A DNA stretch of 64,000 nucleotides, taken from sequence record MN709127.1; one strand, given 5' to 3'. Under the pieces are notes generated by a model. That model saw only the letters and a program-made list of their open reading frames with translations, was not told the origin of the DNA and ran no database searches. Source of the DNA: Escherichia phage Ec_Makalu_002. The position numbers were made by a program, and so were the translations under genes. Of this stretch, positions 53,624-60,421 are shown in pieces (the first letter of the stretch is position 1; every line of letters starts with the position of its first letter).

Positions 53624-54142
53624 TTAGTTATTTTTTAATTGCTCATCTTGCAATAATGCAATCACATGCTGGCGATGTTCTTCCGATTGAGGAACACCGA
53701 AAAAGTTTGTTTTGTAGAAATACTCTAATCGGTCTTCTCGTGTGCTCTCTTCCATCATGATCGCGGGTAGTCCAAGATTTCGGAAACGTCGCTTTTCTGC
53801 TGGCGTAAAATCACTGTAATACAACATAGAATCATCATTACCAGCAATGCTAAACTCATCCTTCATAAAGGAGAATATTGCGTTTAAACGCTGTTTACCG
53901 TCCACGATTTCGATCTCATAGCGAGAGCCATCATCAATCTTAGCCATTGCGATAGCACCAACCGGAAAATCATTAATCAGGTTTTCGATAAACATACGTT
54001 TGTTTTCGGTGTCCCATACCAAAGGACGCTGATAATCTGGGTTCATGTTGATATAGCCATCTTCTAACCACGCCTCATAAACAGAGATGACAAAGTTTTT
54101 AGTATTGGTATAGTAACGGCGTTTAGGCGTTAAACGGTTCAT
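53624..54142 (-). CDS. DUF262 (ParB/Srx-like, GmrSD N-terminal-type) domain protein
   Basis: YQRPLVWD ... IVDGKQRLNAI resembles the DUF262 DGQQR motif; ORF track starts at TTG 54178, ATG 54142 has AGGAGA site. Confidence 0.55.
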   Translation of the reverse strand: MNRLTPKRRYYTNTKNFVISVYEAWLEDGYINMNPDYQRPLVWDTENKRMFIENLINDFPVGAIAMAKIDDGSRYEIEIVDGKQRLNAIFSFMKDEFSIAGNDDSMLYYSDFTPAEKRRFRNLGLPAIMMEESTREDRLEYFYKTNFFGVPQSEEHRQHVIALLQDEQLKNN

Positions 54143-54143
54143 G

Positions 54144-54476
54144 TTATAGTCTCCTGAATGGATCATCACGTAAATCAATATCTTTTAAGAACTCATCCCA
54201 TGAATGGCGGATAATGTTCTTAATTCTCCAGATAAGCGCAGGGATTGAACGCTCTCCCATCTGGAAGTAAGGATCATATGATCCATATGCCCAATATGCT
54301 ACTACAATTCCACAATCGGCGCAATAATATTCTATTTCACTTGCTGGCGACCAAAGTCCATCAATATGATCACGGATCTTGCTTTCGATGTTATGGCTAT
54401 GGCAATCAGGGCAACGGATGCAATGACCTTGTTTATCGTAATTTGACGTTAGCGAATACTTAAACAATCTCATCAT
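54144..54476 (-). CDS. Zinc-ribbon protein
   Basis: CIRCPDCHSH ... YCADCG (paired CxxC); start overlaps stop of upstream gene (ATGA). Confidence 0.5.
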   Translation of the reverse strand: MMRLFKYSLTSNYDKQGHCIRCPDCHSHNIESKIRDHIDGLWSPASEIEYYCADCGIVVAYWAYGSYDPYFQMGERSIPALIWRIKNIIRHSWDEFLKDIDLRDDPFRRL

Positions 54477-55189
54477 AGATCCTTATTGGCTTCAAATACT
54501 GCCTTTGCGAATCCTCGCGGGGTAAGTGACCTGATAGTCTTTGTTCTGGTTCCTTTCCCGCCTAGCTTAGAATGCTGTTTACTGTACCCTTTATTAATCT
54601 GCAACGGTTTCTTTTCTGGCATTATAAAGCCTTGTCCGGTCCATAAGCAAGTCTTTTTCGGGTACATATCACGGGCGGCAATATACTCAGGAAACGTAGG
54701 ATGCTTATCATCTTCCGGCAAATAACCGCCATATTCCCACGGATGGAACATGTAATCAGGCTTACGCCACATGCTAGAGATAACGCTTACAGGATTCTCT
54801 ATCATGTAGGGAACTCCTAGCCATTCACCCAAATAAGCGGTTATTTTAGCTGCCCTTACATCATGAACTTGAATTAATGGTCCTTGTTCTCGTTTCTTTC
54901 GTTCAAAGTGCGCAGCGCCACTAACAGCTAAATTGGTGCATGGTGGGAATGCAAAGATAATATCCGGTTTCCCCCATTCAAGGTCCATTGCTCTTTCCAG
55001 CCAATTTAAATCAATCCATGTGTTTACATATGTAATGTTTGGATGTTCAAATCGGGTATTATATTTTTTGTATGTACCGTGGTCGCCATCGTCAGCATTA
55101 AAGCAGATCACCTTATGACCTGCTTTAGCCCATTCTAACCCCATTATCCCCGATCCGTCAAAGTTGCAGAATATTAATTTTTGTTTCAT
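54473..55189 (-). CDS. Compact C5-cytosine methyltransferase-like protein
   Basis: FDGSGIMG (motif I-like), FPPCTNLAVSG (PC motif IV), MIENPV (ENV motif VI), RSLTPRGFAKAV (RxLTPRE-like); 238 aa. Confidence 0.55.
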   Translation of the reverse strand: MKQKLIFCNFDGSGIMGLEWAKAGHKVICFNADDGDHGTYKKYNTRFEHPNITYVNTWIDLNWLERAMDLEWGKPDIIFAFPPCTNLAVSGAAHFERKKREQGPLIQVHDVRAAKITAYLGEWLGVPYMIENPVSVISSMWRKPDYMFHPWEYGGYLPEDDKHPTFPEYIAARDMYPKKTCLWTGQGFIMPEKKPLQINKGYSKQHSKLGGKGTRTKTIRSLTPRGFAKAVFEANKDL

Positions 55190-55431
55190 ATACGCCCCTT
55201 TAACCCAACACAGATTTTAGAAGGTTCTTTGCCGTGCCACATTAAGTAAATTCCGTTAATGCGTCCTTGTTTTGTATATGATTCTTTTCTGATCTTCTTA
55301 TAGTGTCGTGCTTCCTCAGCCGATTGTTTAGAATGTCGATCATAAAGGAAGAGGAACAAAGGCCAACCATTAGCGGCCTTAATGCAGTTATTCAAAAATT
55401 CCTTATTTCGTTTAATTAATTTTCTTTTCAC
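55186..55431 (-). CDS. Hypothetical basic protein
   Basis: 81 aa; apparent GTG start overlapping upstream stop (GTGA); no in-frame ATG nearby. Confidence 0.45.
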   Translation of the reverse strand: MKRKLIKRNKEFLNNCIKAANGWPLFLFLYDRHSKQSAEEARHYKKIRKESYTKQGRINGIYLMWHGKEPSKICVGLKGRI

Positions 55432-55679
55432 GCTGCCCCCATTGGTTTGATAGTAACAGAATCTAAAAGACCTTTGTTAGCCAGTTCGCGGCAAGTTTTC
55501 AGATCCGCAACTTCCCAGCCAGCCGCAATAAGGTTATCAATGAGGCTGTTAGCAACTTCTTCGCTCATGAAAGAGCACTGTTTGCCGATGGTGTAGCGTA
55601 CACGCTGTAATTTCAGTTTACGGAAGCCTTTAACGTTCAGGTCTTTAGCGATTTTCTTTGCGGTTTCGATGTTAGCCAT
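55428..55679 (-). CDS. Hypothetical early protein (first gene of five-gene operon)
   Basis: 83 aa; ATG preceded by TTAGGAGAATCAAAC leader and promoter module. Confidence 0.5.
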   Translation of the reverse strand: MANIETAKKIAKDLNVKGFRKLKLQRVRYTIGKQCSFMSEEVANSLIDNLIAAGWEVADLKTCRELANKGLLDSVTIKPMGAA

Positions 55680-55719
55680 TGTTTGATTCTCCTAAGTGGT
55701 ATCTCGTCTTGATGGTTGT

Positions 55720-55748
55720 ATTGTAGGGGAGTTATCCTCCCCTGTCAA
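55720..55748 (-). promoter_or_regulatory. Early promoter with palindromic spacer (TTGACA-GGGGAGGATAACTCCCC-TACAAT)
   Basis: Hexamers at 17-bp spacing; spacer forms a hairpin. Confidence 0.55.
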
Positions 55749-55762
55749 CACTTTTTATAAAA

Positions 55763-55930
55763 TTATTTGTTAATTTCTGGTGCGTTGCTAGGATAGTAAC
55801 CTTCTTTAACTCCGAGGTATTTCGCAACCATCCCTACAATCTTCTGTGCTACTACAATGTCAAATTTCAGATAATCTTCGCCGTGGGTTTCAATGATATA
55901 TGCTTCACATGCTGCTTTAGTCTCGAACAT
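55763..55930 (-). CDS. Small protein (55 aa), duplicated gene copy A
   Basis: MFETKAACEAYIIETHGEDYLKFDIVVAQKIVGMVAKYLGVKEGYYPSNAPEINK; near-identical to 59046..59213. Confidence 0.5.
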   Translation of the reverse strand: MFETKAACEAYIIETHGEDYLKFDIVVAQKIVGMVAKYLGVKEGYYPSNAPEINK

Positions 55931-55963
55931 TTTGATTCTCCTATTTCGTTTCGGTATGTGTGT

Positions 55964-55992
55964 ATTATAGGGGATCTCCCGATCCCCGTCAA
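55964..55992 (-). promoter_or_regulatory. Early promoter with palindromic spacer (TTGACG-GGGATCGGGAGATCCCC-TATAAT)
   Basis: Hexamers plus GATC-containing hairpin spacer. Confidence 0.55.
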
Positions 55993-56006
55993 CAACTTTT
56001 TTAAAA

Positions 56007-56288
56007 TTATTCGTGATTAGTTTCGATATTGTGCATTTTGCACCAGTTCAGCCAATCGCCAAGATCTTGATAGTTGATGCTTTTATCTGCTGCCATCGTT
56101 TTTGTCTTGATACCCATATGTGCGTTATGAGTAAGCATTTTTACAGTGAACTCAATTTTATCGCCTTTAGCTTTAACATCAACCAGTTTGGTCCACTGGC
56201 TACCAGCACCGCGAATGTTCATACCAACGATGTTTCCGATGTATGCTTCTTTGTTGTTCAGGATTTCGGTTGCTTTGATGAATTTCAT
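56007..56288 (-). CDS. Hypothetical early protein
   Basis: 93 aa; ATG behind conserved leader. Confidence 0.5.
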   Translation of the reverse strand: MKFIKATEILNNKEAYIGNIVGMNIRGAGSQWTKLVDVKAKGDKIEFTVKMLTHNAHMGIKTKTMAADKSINYQDLGDWLNWCKMHNIETNHE

Positions 56289-56321
56289 TTTTGATTCTCC
56301 AGTTCGTTTCGGTATGGGTGT

Positions 56322-56350
56322 ATTATGCTATGTTCTTACTTTGGTGTCAA
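56322..56350 (-). promoter_or_regulatory. Early promoter (TTGACA-17-CATAAT)
   Basis: Repeated module; non-palindromic spacer. Confidence 0.55.
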
Positions 56351-56358
56351 CAACTTTT

Positions 56359-56628
56359 TTAGATATTTTCAGAAATAAATTTTAAAACTTGACGTAAATG
56401 TTTCTCATCTTTGATAGTCGCCGGAAGTTCTTCTTTTACTTCCTGTGCAAGATAGATATTTCCGTTCCAAGTGAAAGACCCGTCTTCGTTTACGCGATAG
56501 CTGAACATCCATTCGCAATCATTTTCGATTTCATATACACACAGAAGGGTGTAATCTTCAAAGCTATTGATTTCAAGGTCGAAGCCGTGGCGTTTTGCAA
56601 AGTTGGTAGTGGTTTTAGTCAGTGCCAT
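56359..56628 (-). CDS. Hypothetical early protein
   Basis: 89 aa; ATG behind conserved leader. Confidence 0.5.
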   Translation of the reverse strand: MALTKTTTNFAKRHGFDLEINSFEDYTLLCVYEIENDCEWMFSYRVNEDGSFTWNGNIYLAQEVKEELPATIKDEKHLRQVLKFISENI

Positions 56629-56668
56629 TGTTTGATTCTCCTAAGTGGTATCTCGTTTCGATGGGTGT

Positions 56669-56698
56669 ATTATGCTATAGGCGTGATCAGGTGTCAAT
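56669..56698 (-). promoter_or_regulatory. Early promoter (TTGACA-18-CATAAT)
   Basis: Repeated module. Confidence 0.5.
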
Positions 56699-56722
56699 GC
56701 CTTTTTTAAAATTTTATGCAAT

Positions 56723-56747
56723 AAAAAAGCCGACACTAAGGTCGGCT
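56723..56747 (-). terminator. Minus-strand terminator after paralogue P1
   Basis: AGCCGACCTTAGTGTCGGCT followed by TTTTTT on minus strand. Confidence 0.55.
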
Positions 56748-56754
56748 AATAAAA

Positions 56755-57063
56755 TCATTTAGACAAATAATCATTCAGTGCAATCCGGTCGGCATGTTCC
56801 GGCGTTACATCAATCGCAATCACTTTAACGCGTGCTTTCTTGCGACCTGGGTTTTCTCGTAACCAGTGCTCATGACCGTGAACATTTTTATACTGCGATG
56901 CTTCTTCGAAGGTACGGATCGGACCAGGGTAATCAGCGTAAAGGATCTCTAGGTCATCGGTGATGTAAAAATATACGTTGTAATTACTGTTCTCTAGCTT
57001 AAGCAGAGACTTTCGGAACATTGGGAGATTTTCGCGGGTAAATTCAAAAGTAATATCTTTCAT
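56755..57063 (-). CDS. HxHW-family paralogue P1
   Basis: ATG 57063 with GAGGA site (ORF-track start 57210 overlaps upstream gene); motifs YFYITDDLEI, HGHEHW, VIAIDV. Confidence 0.5.
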   Translation of the reverse strand: MKDITFEFTRENLPMFRKSLLKLENSNYNVYFYITDDLEILYADYPGPIRTFEEASQYKNVHGHEHWLRENPGRKKARVKVIAIDVTPEHADRIALNDYLSK

Positions 57064-57085
57064 AGTATTATCCTCAATAGTTGGA

Positions 57086-57107
57086 TGAAAAGGGGGCTTA
57101 ACGCCCC
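57086..57107 (-). terminator. Minus-strand terminator
   Basis: GGGGCGTTAAGCCCCC followed by TTTT on minus strand; same hairpin core as the wac terminator. Confidence 0.5.
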
Positions 57108-57112
57108 ATATA

Positions 57113-57400
57113 TTAAAACAGTCCTTCCTGTACACCGTAGTAGAGTTCGTCGCTGATAATTTCATTAATGCGACGGTGTGCATATTCCTGATTTGCGAAG
57201 TTGTCAGCAAGTTCTACTTTAGTTTCACCGTCATGAGTCCATTTAGTGATAACTTTACCATCTGCAAATTTGAAGTTGAACTCTTTAGCTACTGCATCGC
57301 GTACCAGACGTGCGAACTTGTTGTTACGGATTGCATTATCGGTTTCGTGTGCAGCGTGAGCAAATTTGTTAACTTTCAGAGTGATAGTGATGTATGCCAT
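57113..57400 (-). CDS. Hypothetical early protein
   Basis: 95 aa; ATG behind conserved leader. Confidence 0.5.
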   Translation of the reverse strand: MAYITITLKVNKFAHAAHETDNAIRNNKFARLVRDAVAKEFNFKFADGKVITKWTHDGETKVELADNFANQEYAHRRINEIISDELYYGVQEGLF

Positions 57401-57446
57401 AATTTGATTCTCCTAGTTAGAAAGTGTATCTCGTTTCGATGGGTGT

Positions 57447-57475
57447 ATTATGCTATACACCCGATCTTATGTCAA
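57447..57475 (-). promoter_or_regulatory. Early promoter (TTGACA-17-CATAAT)
   Basis: Repeated module. Confidence 0.55.
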
Positions 57476-57483
57476 CACTTTTT

Positions 57484-57762
57484 TTATAAAATAATTTTTT
57501 GATATTTTTCTATGATGTTTGTGTAATCCACATCAACCGCTATCACCGTTGCTTCGAATCCACCGTTTAGCCAATGGCTATGGTCATGATCGTGAAAGAA
57601 ACCAAGACCAGTACGAAGACCTTCTTTATATTCGGCGCGTACATTTAGATCATCATCGATAAACAGATAAAACCATGAATTTTTACTAGGATTGATGATA
57701 CAACCTTTCAGATTAGGGAGAATATCACGACTAAGAATAAACTTATCACCTACTTTGAACAT
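57484..57762 (-). CDS. HxHW-family paralogue P2
   Basis: ORF track starts at GTG 57777; ATG 57762 with GAGGA site; motifs FYLFIDDDLNV, HDHDHSHW, VIAVDV. Confidence 0.5.
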   Translation of the reverse strand: MFKVGDKFILSRDILPNLKGCIINPSKNSWFYLFIDDDLNVRAEYKEGLRTGLGFFHDHDHSHWLNGGFEATVIAVDVDYTNIIEKYQKIIL

Positions 57763-57766
57763 AATA

Positions 57767-58087
57767 TTAGTCCTCACTTATAAGGTCAAACCAATTGTTT
57801 TTCGCATAATGCTTAATGCGTGCTTGATCTGCTTCCGCTGGTGATAGATTCCATGCAACCACTACAACTTCTGACGCGTCGTCATCCGTTTCTGATACCC
57901 AATGATTGTGATTCATACAGTTATTTGCGATCGAGTGAGCAAATGATTTCATCACTGGAGACGTATAATCATAGTAACGGATTTTCAGATTTTCATCAAC
58001 ATACAAGTAGATCGTATAAGGTTTATATTCAGTAACCAGTAACAGACAGTTACGCAATTCTGGGAAAATCTTTTTAGTTAATTTCAT
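57767..58087 (-). CDS. HxHW-family paralogue P3
   Basis: ATG 58087 one nt after upstream stop, GAGGA site; motifs YLYVDENLKI, NHNHW. Confidence 0.5.
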   Translation of the reverse strand: MKLTKKIFPELRNCLLLVTEYKPYTIYLYVDENLKIRYYDYTSPVMKSFAHSIANNCMNHNHWVSETDDDASEVVVVAWNLSPAEADQARIKHYAKNNWFDLISED

Positions 58088-58088
58088 T

Positions 58089-58307
58089 TTATAATCCTCG
58101 GTCGCGGCTATAGTACACGGTACGCCATACAATTTCATGTTTCGTGTCGCTCCAGCACACGATCTCATTTACTCTTAAATCTTTGTTATCAACAAAAGAT
58201 GAACATTGTGACGCTTCTTTCATCATTTTATCTGCTGTTTTCTCATCAAATACAGCACAGATTTCTTTATACACTCGATAATCTTTGAATTGACTCTGGA
58301 TACCCAT
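58089..58307 (-). CDS. Hypothetical protein, tandem paralogue of 58267..58524
   Basis: Shares SQFKDYRVYKEI...MMKEASQC with upstream neighbour; start uncertain (58307 or 58319). Confidence 0.4.
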   Translation of the reverse strand: MGIQSQFKDYRVYKEICAVFDEKTADKMMKEASQCSSFVDNKDLRVNEIVCWSDTKHEIVWRTVYYSRDRGL

Positions 58308-58524
58308 AATTAACACCATTCCAACCAATTGTTTTTGAGAAAACGTTTATCCACTGTTGAGTGTAGCATGTTTCTTTCCATGATACAATACGAGTAGAAT
58401 AATGGTTTTTGTTTCCAGAAAAGGACGGGCATTTTGATGCATCTTCCATCATCTTTTCGGCGAACTCCGCGTCATATACCCGCAGGATCTGTTGATATGC
58501 TTTATAATCTTTAAATTTGCTCAT
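58267..58524 (-). CDS. Hypothetical protein, tandem paralogue of 58089..58307
   Basis: SKFKDYKAYQQI...MMEDASKC; ATG start. Confidence 0.45.
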   Translation of the reverse strand: MSKFKDYKAYQQILRVYDAEFAEKMMEDASKCPSFSGNKNHYSTRIVSWKETCYTQQWINVFSKTIGWNGVNYGYPESIQRLSSV

Positions 58525-58789
58525 AATTGTTAACTACCTTATCAGCTTCTTTTATTGTTTTTACATCAACTGCGATAATCCGTAAAGGTTCGTCGAAGGT
58601 CCACCAGTGGTCATGAATATCAGCTTGTGATTTATCACCAAAGGAATCACGAATATCATTTTTACATTTATAGCTAATATGGCCTTCATAGTCAACATAA
58701 AGGTAATTATCGAAAATCGGCGTTTTTAAGATCATACCGAAAAATCTTTCTTTGTGTGTCTTATCAAGTGTTGCAGTAATTCGCATCAT
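58511..58789 (-). CDS. HxHW-family paralogue P4
   Basis: Motifs YLYVDYEGHI, HDHWW, IIAVDV. Confidence 0.5.
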   Translation of the reverse strand: MMRITATLDKTHKERFFGMILKTPIFDNYLYVDYEGHISYKCKNDIRDSFGDKSQADIHDHWWTFDEPLRIIAVDVKTIKEADKVVNNYEQI

Positions 58790-58801
58790 AATATATTCCT
58801 C

Positions 58802-58981
58802 TTAGAAAGGGATGGTCATTTCTTGAGCTTGTACATTCTCGTTAGGATTAAACTTCATCCAACCGATATTGTCTACCAGCATATGTACATTTTTATCATA
58901 TCCTACGTGAGTAGTCAACACTAAATGTGCTTTACCTTCAACGATGATTTCCATGTACTTCTGAACTTCGATAGCTTTCAT
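58802..58981 (-). CDS. Small hypothetical early protein (59 aa)
   Basis: ATG behind conserved leader and promoter; below ORF-track cut-off. Confidence 0.4.
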   Translation of the reverse strand: MKAIEVQKYMEIIVEGKAHLVLTTHVGYDKNVHMLVDNIGWMKFNPNENVQAQEMTIPF

Positions 58982-59013
58982 TTTGATTCTCCGTTTGTTG
59001 TCTTGATGGGAGT

Positions 59014-59042
59014 ATCTTACTACTCCCTTTAATCATTGTCAA
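59014..59042 (-). promoter_or_regulatory. Early promoter (TTGACA-17-TAAGAT) with hairpin overlapping -10
   Basis: GGGAGTA...TACTCCC inverted repeat spans the -10 region. Confidence 0.5.
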
Positions 59043-59045
59043 CTA

Positions 59046-59213
59046 TTATTTGTTAATTTCCGGTGCGTTGCTCGGATAGTAACCTTCTTTAACACCCAGA
59101 TATTTTGCAACCATTCCGGTGATCTTCTGTGCTACTACGATATCGAATTTCAGGTAGTCTTCACCGTGGTTTGCTACAATGTATGCTTCGCATTCTGCTT
59201 TAGTCTGGAACAT
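59046..59213 (-). CDS. Small protein (55 aa), duplicated gene copy B
   Basis: MFQTKAECEAYIVANHGEDYLKFDIVVAQKITGMVAKYLGVKEGYYPSNAPEINK; ORF-track N-terminal extension runs through the promoter leader. Confidence 0.5.
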   Translation of the reverse strand: MFQTKAECEAYIVANHGEDYLKFDIVVAQKITGMVAKYLGVKEGYYPSNAPEINK

Positions 59214-59247
59214 TTTTGATTCTCCTATATCTCGTTGGTATGTGTGC

Positions 59248-59276
59248 ATTATAGGGGATCGGTGATCCCCTGTCAA
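59248..59276 (-). promoter_or_regulatory. Early promoter with palindromic spacer (TTGACA-GGGGATCACCGATCCCC-TATAAT)
   Basis: Consensus hexamers, 17-bp GATC-hairpin spacer. Confidence 0.6.
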
Positions 59277-59283
59277 CAACTTT

Positions 59284-59580
59284 TTATGATTTTTCTTTAT
59301 ATGCGTATTGAATAAATTGGTCCGCCACTTCGTCGGCTTTTTCGGGTTTGACTTCTGACGCCAGGACAATAGCTAGATCGGTTTCGTCGTTCCCGTCATA
59401 CCAATGATTATGAGTGTCTTTTTCTTTGATATAGAATGAGTCATTTGGAGTTGGACGACAATATACGTCTAAATTCTCGTCGATGTAAAAGATCCAATCT
59501 TCATAAAGAATAACCGTATTAGCAAGGTTCTTATTACCTTCAACGAAAGGTTCGGTTACAAACAAATCAGTACGTTCCAT
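59284..59580 (-). CDS. HxHW-family paralogue P5
   Basis: Motifs IFYIDENLDV, HNHW. Confidence 0.5.
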   Translation of the reverse strand: MERTDLFVTEPFVEGNKNLANTVILYEDWIFYIDENLDVYCRPTPNDSFYIKEKDTHNHWYDGNDETDLAIVLASEVKPEKADEVADQFIQYAYKEKS

Positions 59581-59595
59581 AGTATTTTCCTCAAA

Positions 59596-59757
59596 TTAAG
59601 AAAAAGCGTTGAAAACAACCGCCAACACAACTACGTTAGCGATAAGGCTTAAAAAGCATTTCTTGAAACTTTCAGTGCAGATACCAATACTGGCAGGAAT
59701 TACACCGATCACGATAGCATAAAGAATAACTGCGATTTCTTGAAATACACCGTTCAT
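59596..59757 (-). CDS. Small hydrophobic protein (53 aa)
   Basis: Largely hydrophobic sequence; ATG with GAGGA site; below ORF-track cut-off. Confidence 0.4.
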   Translation of the reverse strand: MNGVFQEIAVILYAIVIGVIPASIGICTESFKKCFLSLIANVVVLAVVFNAFS

Positions 59758-59814
59758 AATATTATCCTCAAAGTATGGGAGAGTGTTACCCCTCCCGATG
59801 ATTGTTATATTGCA

Positions 59815-60147
59815 TCACACAAAATGGCGTGTCAATGCTTCTTTTGCGGTTCCGCTAAGATTCTCGATCTCTCCTGGCATAACATCAACCGCCAGAACTT
59901 CTACAACATCCTCTGTTCCTAACCAGTGAGTATGACCTTTGTAGAACTTGATGCCCATATTGCCTTCTTCGTCCCATTTAACGCCCCATTTAACGTTATC
60001 ACTAGCCCACCACACATCACCGTCGATAAAGTTGATGTAAAGCACACTACGCCACATTGAATTAGTTACTTTCAATACCGCGCCTTTCATCTCTTCCACG
60101 GTGTGGTCTTCCATTTTGAAGACCTCGCCTACCTGAACTTTTGCCAT
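59815..60147 (-). CDS. HxHW-family paralogue P6
   Basis: Motifs LYINFIDGDV, GHTHW, VLAVDV. Confidence 0.5.
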   Translation of the reverse strand: MAKVQVGEVFKMEDHTVEEMKGAVLKVTNSMWRSVLYINFIDGDVWWASDNVKWGVKWDEEGNMGIKFYKGHTHWLGTEDVVEVLAVDVMPGEIENLSGTAKEALTRHFV

Positions 60148-60164
60148 TTAGTCACCTCTCTTTA

Positions 60165-60344
60165 TTACATAACAATCACGCCAGCCGTTGAAAGTTGATG
60201 TTTCAACTGAGCATTTTCTGCTACTGTCAAATCAATGATTTCTTGTGACGCTGCAATCATATAGCCATTGGTGATATTGTTTTGCATCAGTTCAATGGTT
60301 TCTTCGTTGTAGCGGATTTTAGCGATGATTTCGTTGAAGTTCAT
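60165..60344 (-). CDS. Hypothetical early protein (59 aa)
   Basis: ATG 60344 behind conserved leader; ORF-track start 60380 lies inside the -10 element. Confidence 0.45.
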   Translation of the reverse strand: MNFNEIIAKIRYNEETIELMQNNITNGYMIAASQEIIDLTVAENAQLKHQLSTAGVIVM

Positions 60345-60378
60345 GTTTGATTCTCCTAGTTCGTTTCGGTATGTGTGC

Positions 60379-60408
60379 ATTATAGGGGATCTCCCGACCC
60401 CCTGTCAA
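60379..60408 (-). promoter_or_regulatory. Early promoter with palindromic spacer (TTGACA-GGGGGTCGGGAGATCCCC-TATAAT)
   Basis: Consensus hexamers, 18-bp hairpin spacer. Confidence 0.6.
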
Positions 60409-60421
60409 CAACTTTTTTGAA

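Noticed and set aside
60345-60380. In-frame ATG inside the early promoter -10 element (TATAATG) giving longer ORFs 60165..60380 and 59046..59369
   Set aside because: The ATG lies at or upstream of the expected transcription start of the promoter that drives the gene, so it is unlikely to be in the mRNA; the downstream ATG follows the conserved AGGAG leader.
53300-60420. Possible CRISPR array suggested by regularly recurring ~75-bp repeats
   Set aside because: The repeats are promoter/leader modules with -35/-10 hexamers and ribosome sites, are far longer and more variable than CRISPR repeats, are irregularly spaced, and the intervening segments are protein-coding genes.
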